This document shows positions 57,069 to 64,000 of a stretch of DNA of 64,000 nucleotides, piece by piece. The position numbers and the translations under genes are program-made. This DNA comes from an uncultured Solirubrobacteraceae bacterium (GTDB taxonomy: Bacteria; Actinomycetota; Thermoleophilia; Solirubrobacterales; Solirubrobacteraceae): assembly GCA_964588985.1 (NCBI GenBank), contig CAZPQW010000001.1:128001-192000 (forward strand), written 5' to 3'. The notes under the pieces were generated by a model. That model had not been told where the DNA came from. It searched no databases and worked only from the letters and a program-made list of their open reading frames with translations. Every line of letters starts with the position of its first letter. The first letter of the stretch is position 1.

Positions 57069-58015
57069 GCGAGCGGGACCCCACGCCCGTGGCGGTCACC
57101 TCCCGCTCCTTCTCCCGCAACGAGGTTCTCCGAGCTGAGACGCTCGCGCGCTACGAGCGGGTCAAGTTCAACGACGAGGGCCTTTCGCTCGACGGAGACT
57201 CCCTGGTCGACTTTCTCGCCGGCCACCCGCTGGCGATCACCGCCCTGGAGAAGATCGACGACGAAGTCCTCGAGCGCCTCCCGGACCTCGAGGCGATCTC
57301 GAAGGTGGGAGTGGGGATCGACATGATCGACCTCGAGGCGATGGAGCGTCACGGCGTGCGCCTCGCCTGGTCGCGCGGAACCAATTCGCGTTCGGTATCC
57401 GAGTTGGCGCTCTCGTTCATGCTCGCGCTTCTGAGACATCTGCCGTCCGTCACGAAACTGGCGCGTCGGGGAGAGTGGCGCCAGGTTCAGGGCAACACGC
57501 TCACCGGTCGAACAGTGGGCATCGTTGGCTTTGGGCATGTGGGACGCGACCTTGCCGGCCTGCTGTCCGCCTTCTCCTGCCGGGTGCTCGCATATGACGT
57601 CGCGGCGCTCGCGGACCTCCCCGCCCACGTCGAGCAGTCGAGCCTGGAGTCGCTCCTGGCCGACAGCGAGATCGTGACGCTGCACACGGTGCTCAGCGAG
57701 GACACGCGGAACCTCCTCGACCGGGAGCGGATCGACTCGATGCGTTCGGGTGCGCTGGTGATCAACACATCGCGGGGGGGCTTGGTCGACGAGGAGGCGC
57801 TCTACGACGCGCTGTCTTCGGGGCATCTGGCCGGCGCCGCGCTGGACGTGTTCTCGAGTGAGCCGCCCGGGGATCATCCTCTGCTCGGCCTCGATCAGGT
57901 GATCGTCACTCCTCACATCGGTGGGAGCACCGCAGAGGCGGTTCTGGCGATGGGCAGGGCCGCGATCATGGGGCTGGCCGAGGCGACTCCCGTCCGGGAG
58001 TTGAGCGGCGGCTGA
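57065..58015 (+). CDS. D-isomer 2-hydroxyacid dehydrogenase
   Basis: GVGIDMID, GIVGFGHVG, INTSRGGLVDE, LDVF..EP, TPHIGG. Confidence 0.92.
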   Translation: MSERDPTPVAVTSRSFSRNEVLRAETLARYERVKFNDEGLSLDGDSLVDFLAGHPLAITALEKIDDEVLERLPDLEAISKVGVGIDMIDLEAMERHGVRLAWSRGTNSRSVSELALSFMLALLRHLPSVTKLARRGEWRQVQGNTLTGRTVGIVGFGHVGRDLAGLLSAFSCRVLAYDVAALADLPAHVEQSSLESLLADSEIVTLHTVLSEDTRNLLDRERIDSMRSGALVINTSRGGLVDEEALYDALSSGHLAGAALDVFSSEPPGDHPLLGLDQVIVTPHIGGSTAEAVLAMGRAAIMGLAEATPVRELSGG

Positions 58016-58097
58016 TCGATCGGGAGAGTCGGGGGTTAGACGCACGCGGCAACTCAGGGGGTATCGTTCGCGTTCCAATGAGCCGAACTTCCCAGCG

Positions 58098-58832
58098 ATG
58101 ACCGTGCGAGCGGTTGCCAAGGCAGCGCTTCGTCGCGTTGGATTGGAAGATCAAGCCAGGCAGCTGTTCGCAATGCGGACTGCGCATAGCCGGCGCGGGC
58201 TGCGTGACGATCGCCAGCTCGGATATTTCATGACGGCAACCCTGAGGCACGATTCCAACTGTGTGGATGTCGGCGCTCATAGAGGCGCGGTGCTCGAGCA
58301 AATGGTGAGACTCGCCCCCGCAGGTCGCCACCTCGCCTTCGAGCCAATCCCTACTTTTTGTCAGACCTTGTGCGAGCGGTTTCCAAAGGTGGAGGTACAC
58401 GGTTGCGCTCTCGCCGACGTCGATGGTGAAACGACGTTCCACGTCGCGGAGAACCCTGAATTGAGTGGGATTCAGCAGCGCGAATGGCTGAATACCGGCT
58501 ACGACTCGATCGAAGTGCCGGTGCGTACCCTCGACAGCGTCGTGGCTGCCGACCGGCAGGTCGACTTTCTCAAGATCGATGTCGAGGGAGCTCAGGTGCT
58601 TGTTCTTCGTGGTGCCGAGCGCATCCTCTCGACCGACCGTCCCGCAATCTGGGTCGAGCATGGCGCACGCTCGGCCAGCGCTCACGGCACGGAGTCACAT
58701 GAGCTCTGGGAGATCCTGAGCCTGCACGGGTACCGCATGTGGACGGCTGACGGCGAGGGTCCTCTGGACCTGCCGGCCTTTCTCTCGTCGGGTAGGGACA
58801 AGCCGATGTGGACGTTCATGGCCCACCGCTAG
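58098..58832 (+). CDS. FkbM-family methyltransferase
   Basis: VDVGAHRG, AFEP, TLD, FLKIDVEGAQ. Confidence 0.9.
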   Translation: MTVRAVAKAALRRVGLEDQARQLFAMRTAHSRRGLRDDRQLGYFMTATLRHDSNCVDVGAHRGAVLEQMVRLAPAGRHLAFEPIPTFCQTLCERFPKVEVHGCALADVDGETTFHVAENPELSGIQQREWLNTGYDSIEVPVRTLDSVVAADRQVDFLKIDVEGAQVLVLRGAERILSTDRPAIWVEHGARSASAHGTESHELWEILSLHGYRMWTADGEGPLDLPAFLSSGRDKPMWTFMAHR

Positions 58833-58853
58833 GTCTCACCCACCACGTCAGCC

Positions 58854-59579
58854 CTAGACCGGCGTGAGAGGCTCCTGTGGAGCGGGCGGAGAGAGCAATT
58901 GGCCAGCTTCGCGGTCCACGAGCAGGATGGCGTTCTTCGGCTCCACGCGACCGGCTGGGATGGTCGGATCGGACGCTGCAAGCCTACGGCACATCTCGGC
59001 TTTCGATGGCCCGACGGCCAGCCACAGGAGCCTCTCCGCGCGGTTGATGAATGGATAGGTCATGCTCATCCGCGCCAGACCGTTGAATGCATCCACGCAC
59101 CAGATCCCACGATCTGCGATTTCGAGGATGGGGTCCCCCGGAGCCAGCGAGGCGGTGTGGCCGTCGTCGCCCAGGCCCAGCTGGAGAATGTCGAGCGCCG
59201 CCCCGTCCGTGACGCGCAGCAACTCGTCTTCGTAGCGTCGGCAGGCCGCCACCAGATCCTCGCTCTCCACCGGCATCGGGTGAACGTTCTCGCTTGGGAT
59301 GGGTACGCGCTCCAGAAGGCAATCCGTGAGCTGCGTGAGGTTCCGGTCGCCGTCGCCGGCGGGCGCGACGCGCTCGTCGACCTGGAATATGTGCACTCGG
59401 CTCCATGGCATGGGCAGCGCAGCGAGCTCGCGGAACATGACCTGAGGGGTGCGTCCTCCGCTCACGCCGAGCGAGTAGCAGCCTGGCCGAGTCGCGAGCG
59501 TCTCTTCGCAGTGATCGAGAATGAGTTTCGCCGCCGATCGCGCCAGATCACGCGCATCGACGAAGCTCCTGACCTCCAT
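58854..59579 (-). CDS. pgl: 6-phosphogluconolactonase
   Basis: SGGRTP, VDERV, LGLGDDGHTASL, RMSMTYP. Confidence 0.85.
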   Translation of the reverse strand: MEVRSFVDARDLARSAAKLILDHCEETLATRPGCYSLGVSGGRTPQVMFRELAALPMPWSRVHIFQVDERVAPAGDGDRNLTQLTDCLLERVPIPSENVHPMPVESEDLVAACRRYEDELLRVTDGAALDILQLGLGDDGHTASLAPGDPILEIADRGIWCVDAFNGLARMSMTYPFINRAERLLWLAVGPSKAEMCRRLAASDPTIPAGRVEPKNAILLVDREAGQLLSPPAPQEPLTPV

Positions 59580-59621
59580 GAAGGAAGGATATCCGCGACC
59601 GCGCTATGCGATGATGGGGGT

Positions 59622-60314
59622 ATGGACAGCGAGCGCCAGCCCAAGATCGCGGCGATCGTGCCGATGCGGCATTTCAGCCGCCGCGTGTCTGGAAAGAACT
59701 ATCGGATTCTCGGCGACAAGCCGTTGTATCGCTACATCGTCGACACGCTGCTGTCGGTGCCGGAGATCACCGAGGTGATAGTCGACACCGACAGCGATCT
59801 GATCATCGAGGATGTGGAGCAGCACATTCCTCAGGTCCGGATCGTGCGGCGTCCGGAGCATCTCCGCAGTGAGATGCAGGTGATGAACGAGATCCTGCTC
59901 AACACGGTCACGCAGGTGGAGGCGGATTACTACCTGCAGACCCACAGCACCAACCCGCTGCTGAAGCGTGAGACGATCAGCCATGCGATCGCGATGTTCC
60001 TCGCCGCGCGCGACACCCACGACTCGCTGTTCTCCGTAACGCCTCTCCAAACTCGCCTGTGGACAGCGGACGGTCGTCCGCTGAATCACGATCCGGACCA
60101 CCTGATCCGCACGCAGGATCTCGAGCCGGCGATGGAGGAGAACTCGTGCATCTACATCTTCCGGCGCGACATCCTGGAGGCACGGAACAATCGCATCGGC
60201 GCCCATCCGCTCGTGTTCGTCATGGATCCGGCGGAGGCGATCGACATCGACACCGAGCTGGACTGGCGGATCGCCGAGGCGACGCTTGACCTTGCGGAGA
60301 GCCCGACGGCGTGA
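59622..60314 (+). CDS. Acylneuraminate/ulosonate cytidylyltransferase (NeuA/KdsB family)
   Basis: PMRHFSRRVSGKNYR, VDTDS, THSTNPL, EENSCIYIF, IDIDTELDW. Confidence 0.9.
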   Translation: MDSERQPKIAAIVPMRHFSRRVSGKNYRILGDKPLYRYIVDTLLSVPEITEVIVDTDSDLIIEDVEQHIPQVRIVRRPEHLRSEMQVMNEILLNTVTQVEADYYLQTHSTNPLLKRETISHAIAMFLAARDTHDSLFSVTPLQTRLWTADGRPLNHDPDHLIRTQDLEPAMEENSCIYIFRRDILEARNNRIGAHPLVFVMDPAEAIDIDTELDWRIAEATLDLAESPTA

Positions 60315-61156
60315 ACCTCAACGATCCGATCGGCAGCGCGGATCACTGGCTGAAGTGCTTCCATCGCGCGGCGGAGCGCGCCACCGAGGAGCTCGATCGT
60401 CGCCCGGACATCGATTCGCGTCTGCGCGAGGTCGGAACCGTCGGTGCCGGAGGGGACCGCACTCTCGAGATAGATGCGCTGGCCGAGGACGCCGTGTTCG
60501 ACGAGCTGGATGGGCTTGCCCGTGAAGGGGCCTCTTTCACCGCGGTGTCGGAGGAGCGGGGCGTGGTGACCTATGGCACTGGCGAAATGCGCGTGGTCAT
60601 CGACCCGATCGACGGCTCGCTGAACGCCAAGCGAGGTCTGGGCCACTGCGCGATGTCGATCGCGGTGGCGGATGGGCCGACGGTCGAGGACCTGGCGTTG
60701 GCGTTCGTGTGGGATTTCGGTACGCGCGAGACTTTCCACGCGGTGCGCGGCGGTGGGGCGTTCTTGGACGGGGCGCGGGTCGAACCGCTCTCAGAGGAGC
60801 GCCTGACCGAGGATGGGCGGTTGGAGCTGCTGTGCGTCGAGACGAGCGACGCGCGACGGACGGCGGAGATGGCGGCGCCGCTCGCTGAGATCGCGTACCG
60901 GTGGCGCATCCTCGGCTCGATAGCGTCGGCGATGTGCCAGGTGGCGACGCCTCGGGCCGACGCGATGGTGAACGTCACGCGCTGCCGTATCGTCGATGCG
61001 GCGGCGGGCGCGCTGATCGTCCGCGAGAGCGGAGGGGTCGTGCGATTCGAGGCGGGCGAACGCGTACCCCTGGACCTGGCGCAACGCACGTCGCTGTGCG
61101 CCTCGCGCACTCCTTCGCATGCCGGCAAACTGCTAGCGTGCCTTGCCGCTGCCTGA
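60311..61156 (+). CDS. Inositol monophosphatase/FBPase family phosphatase
   Basis: GAGGDRT..ID..AE, VSEE, IDPIDGSLN, VDAAAG. Confidence 0.88.
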   Translation: MNLNDPIGSADHWLKCFHRAAERATEELDRRPDIDSRLREVGTVGAGGDRTLEIDALAEDAVFDELDGLAREGASFTAVSEERGVVTYGTGEMRVVIDPIDGSLNAKRGLGHCAMSIAVADGPTVEDLALAFVWDFGTRETFHAVRGGGAFLDGARVEPLSEERLTEDGRLELLCVETSDARRTAEMAAPLAEIAYRWRILGSIASAMCQVATPRADAMVNVTRCRIVDAAAGALIVRESGGVVRFEAGERVPLDLAQRTSLCASRTPSHAGKLLACLAAA

Positions 61157-61174
61157 TGTAATCACCAGCCGACG

Positions 61175-62743
61175 ATGACCGTTAGCGATCTGAACATCAT
61201 GCGTATGCCTCGCCGGTTTGGTGGGGGACGCTCACCCGTCGGCCTCGGTGTTCTAGGGATCGCAAGCGCCGGCGTATCCGTCGGCCTGGGCGCCCTCGTT
61301 GCCAGCGAACACTACTCCAAGGTCGTCGAGGGCCTGCTCGTCTTCATAGCGCTCGTGATGCTGATATCGCGCTTCGGGCTGGGCATCTGGCTTGCCCTCC
61401 TCGTACTCGGCAGCATCGATGCCCTGCCCGGATCCGAGCTCGAGACCATCGAAACGCCGCTGCTGCACATCTATGTGACGGATACGTTGATCGTGGTCCT
61501 GATACTCACCCTTTTGGCTGACAACTATCGCGACGACTTCAGGCGCCTCGTCGATACGCCCGTGCGTCGCATGCTCTGCATGTGGTCAGGCGCGCTTGTT
61601 CTGCTTTGGCTGGTCACGGTGGCGCGCTCCTATGGATGGGCGGAAATCCCGCTCACCCACGCGATGGACTTTGGGCGAGACTTCCTGTTCTTCGCCCTGC
61701 TGCTGCCTCTCTTCGCGGCGACGCTCTCGCGGGCGCGTGTACGACTGGTGATGCTGGCCACGTTGGCGGTCGGCGTGGTAATGGTCGACGTCACCGAGAT
61801 CCTTTCCACCGTCACCCACAAAGCGTTGACATTCTGGGTCCATGCCCAGAAGCGCACGGTTGAAGGTGCCGGTATCACGCGCCTCTACGTGAGCTCCCAG
61901 TACCTGTCGGTCGCCGCCGCGATGCTCGGCGTTGGGCTGCTGCTCCTGGCGCGGGACCGGAGGCTGAGGCTGCTGGGAGCTCTGTTGGCACTGCTTTCGA
62001 TAGCCGCGGTGGCGCTGGAGCGCACGCGAGCTCAGTATGTGGGCGGCATTGTCGGTCTGGCCGTGGCGCTGATCGTGTGGTTGGCGATCAATCGAAACGC
62101 GGCTCGCCTCAGCAGGCGACGCGTGGCTCGGCTGTTTCTTGGGCTGACCACACTTGGCGTGGTGGTAGCGCTCGCCGGTCCCCCTCAGATAACCAACAAC
62201 GCGCTGAGCGGCATCGAAGAACGATTCTCCTCGGTGATTACAGCTCTCTCGTCGAACAACTCAGCGACGTCCACGGTGGCGTATCGCGAGAAAGAGGCAT
62301 CGGGGTTGGAGCAGGTGCTTGGATCGAAATGGGCCTTTGGGCTCGGCTTCCTCGACCCGAGGAGCCATTACATCGTGAGTCTCCGAAGAGGCTCCATTCG
62401 CAACGGCGACGTGGGTGTGCTCAACGCCGTGATGACGATGGGCGTAATCGGCGCATTCCTCATCTACTTTCCACTCGTGTTCATACTGGCTGGTCTGATC
62501 CGGCGCGCCGCATCTGGTCTGGAGCCGCCACACGAATCGTGGATCACGTTTGGAGTTGTCGCGTGGATCGTGTCGTCGCTCACCTCGTCGGTGACCCTGG
62601 TGAGTCTGTTTGGGGCTCCGGGCCTTTGCATCGCGGCATTGACGCTGGCCATCGGGACGACATGCATGACGCCCGAGCTCGCCGACGCCAAGCAGCGAAT
62701 CGCGCGACGGCATGCGCTCAGGGCGCCGCAGCCAGCCTCTTGA
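61175..62743 (+). CDS. O-antigen polymerase/ligase-like polytopic membrane protein
   Basis: Many TM segments, TRA motif, large loop with STVAYR, FGLGF, MTMGVIG. Confidence 0.7.
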   Translation: MTVSDLNIMRMPRRFGGGRSPVGLGVLGIASAGVSVGLGALVASEHYSKVVEGLLVFIALVMLISRFGLGIWLALLVLGSIDALPGSELETIETPLLHIYVTDTLIVVLILTLLADNYRDDFRRLVDTPVRRMLCMWSGALVLLWLVTVARSYGWAEIPLTHAMDFGRDFLFFALLLPLFAATLSRARVRLVMLATLAVGVVMVDVTEILSTVTHKALTFWVHAQKRTVEGAGITRLYVSSQYLSVAAAMLGVGLLLLARDRRLRLLGALLALLSIAAVALERTRAQYVGGIVGLAVALIVWLAINRNAARLSRRRVARLFLGLTTLGVVVALAGPPQITNNALSGIEERFSSVITALSSNNSATSTVAYREKEASGLEQVLGSKWAFGLGFLDPRSHYIVSLRRGSIRNGDVGVLNAVMTMGVIGAFLIYFPLVFILAGLIRRAASGLEPPHESWITFGVVAWIVSSLTSSVTLVSLFGAPGLCIAALTLAIGTTCMTPELADAKQRIARRHALRAPQPAS

Positions 62744-62777
62744 TCTGCTCAGCGATCAGACGACTTGGTGGACGCAG

Positions 62778-63719
62778 TTGAAACGCAGCCTGGTGGCAGT
62801 TGTCCTCTCCTACGGTGACGGCATGCAGTGCCTGGGGCTGCTCGCCGACCTTGCCGCGCACCCCGATCTCGACGCCAGTCGAGTTGTCGTGGTGCACAAC
62901 CCAAGTCGTGCCGGTGAGGTTCTGCGATTCACCGACGACGTGCAGGCAACGATCGTCGAGAACCCGTCGAACCTCGGCTACGCGGGTGGTATGAACGTGG
63001 GGATCGCGCGAGCGCTCGATCTGGAGACTGAGTCGGTGCTCTTTCTCACGCACGATGTTCGCATCGGCGTCAGCGACATCGATGCGCTGTGCGATGCCCT
63101 TGCATCCGATCGGCGATTCGCCGCCGTCGGGCCGGTTCTGTCATCGCCCGATGGCTCGGTCTTCTCCACCGGCATGACACGTAGTGGGCTGCGAGTGAAA
63201 CACCGTGCCACGCGCCGACCGGAAAGCCCGCTTCAGCCCTGGGAGTGCAACGGCTTGGACGGATCTGTGATGCTGTGGCGTGCTTCCGTGCTTGCAGAGC
63301 TCGGAGGGTTCGATAGCCGGTTCTTCATGTACATGGAGGATGTCGAGCTTTGCGCTCGCGCCGCACGTGCCGGCTGGAAGGTCGGCTCGGTCGACGGCGC
63401 GTTCGCGGTGTCAGTCCCGGGCGGACCGCAAAGGAAAGCCGCTCACGCGTACTTGAGGGCTCGCAACGGCTTGGAGTGTGCCCGTGGTCAGGGGGCTCGA
63501 TATGTTGCCCTCGAGGCGGCGGCGCTGCTGCTGGATTACTGGAGGCACACTCCGAAGCCAGGCGGTAGTCGCTTCGGACAGCGCGATTTTCATCTCGCCG
63601 CCCGGGCGTTTCGCCGTGGTGCAACGCTTGGCATCCTCGATTTTCTCCGCGGGCGGTGGGGGCCTCCACCTGCTCGGCTGCTGGGCGAAAGCGATATCGG
63701 CTCCACAAGCGCCAGCTAG
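62778..63719 (+). CDS. Glycosyltransferase family 2
   Basis: NLGYAGGMNVG, LGGFDSRFFMYMEDVELCARA; start uncertain (62712-62823). Confidence 0.88.
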   Translation: MKRSLVAVVLSYGDGMQCLGLLADLAAHPDLDASRVVVVHNPSRAGEVLRFTDDVQATIVENPSNLGYAGGMNVGIARALDLETESVLFLTHDVRIGVSDIDALCDALASDRRFAAVGPVLSSPDGSVFSTGMTRSGLRVKHRATRRPESPLQPWECNGLDGSVMLWRASVLAELGGFDSRFFMYMEDVELCARAARAGWKVGSVDGAFAVSVPGGPQRKAAHAYLRARNGLECARGQGARYVALEAAALLLDYWRHTPKPGGSRFGQRDFHLAARAFRRGATLGILDFLRGRWGPPPARLLGESDIGSTSAS

Positions 63720-63739
63720 CGCTCAGCCTCTCTCGAACG

Positions 63740-64000
63740 CTATTTGGTGAGTCGTCGACTCGCGAGGCCAACCAGCGTCTCGGTGTACGACTCGCACACG
63801 GCCTCCCACGAGTAGCGCTCGCGAATGATCGAACGACCGCGCTGCGCCATCTCCTCTTGCAGCGATCCGGATCCCGTGACAGCCTGAATTCGGTCGGCGA
63901 GCGCGCGGGCGACGTGCGGAAACCGCTGCTCGGGGTAGGGCAGCACCTCGGCGTTGAACGGCGTGTCCAGTGCCAGGGTCGGCGCTCCAGCGCCGAGTGC
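63740..64000 (-). CDS. Glycosyltransferase family 4, C-terminal fragment (runs off the window)
   Basis: ALGAGAPTLALDTPFNAEV...RYSWEAVCESY. Confidence 0.7.
   Translation of the reverse strand, partial: ALGAGAPTLALDTPFNAEVLPYPEQRFPHVARALADRIQAVTGSGSLQEEMAQRGRSIIRERYSWEAVCESYTETLVGLASRRLTK

Overview
High-GC actinobacterial DNA. Thermoleophilia/Solirubrobacterales is my inference from the style of the secreted Ig-repeat proteins. About 44 kb (0.5-44.9 kb) is a non-ribosomal peptide cluster. It holds a pyrrole-2-carbonyl starter cassette (carrier, Pro-type A domain, acyl-CoA dehydrogenase) with a GNAT, a Wzm/Wzt ABC exporter and a KamA-type 2,3-aminomutase. Two divergent NRPS arms are each headed by a PAPS sulfotransferase: left C / I-A(Asp)-T / C-A(Gly-like)-T / C-A(basic aa)-T-TE, right T-C-A(Asp)-T-C-A(Gly)-T-C-A(Thr)-T-C / I-A(Asp)-T. 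There are also a single A(Gly)-T-TE module, an Sfp PPTase and a SyrP-like beta-hydroxylase. Both thioesterases have Cys in place of the catalytic Ser. The cluster runs directly into secreted LVIVD/Ig proteins, a tandem pair of unknown secreted proteins and a surface-glycan locus (GTs, O-antigen-ligase-like proteins, an aldolase/SIS/dehydrogenase/cytidylyltransferase sugar-acid cassette, FkbM). The best candidate for an undescribed system is a sulfotransferase + Cys-TE + aminomutase + interface-domain NRPS. It may make a sulfated, possibly beta-lactam/lactone, acidic peptide, or a peptide that decorates an exported glycan. All calls are by eye from motifs, and A-domain codes were read by manual alignment to GrsA. 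No searches were run. I saw no rRNA, tRNA, CRISPR or IS element.
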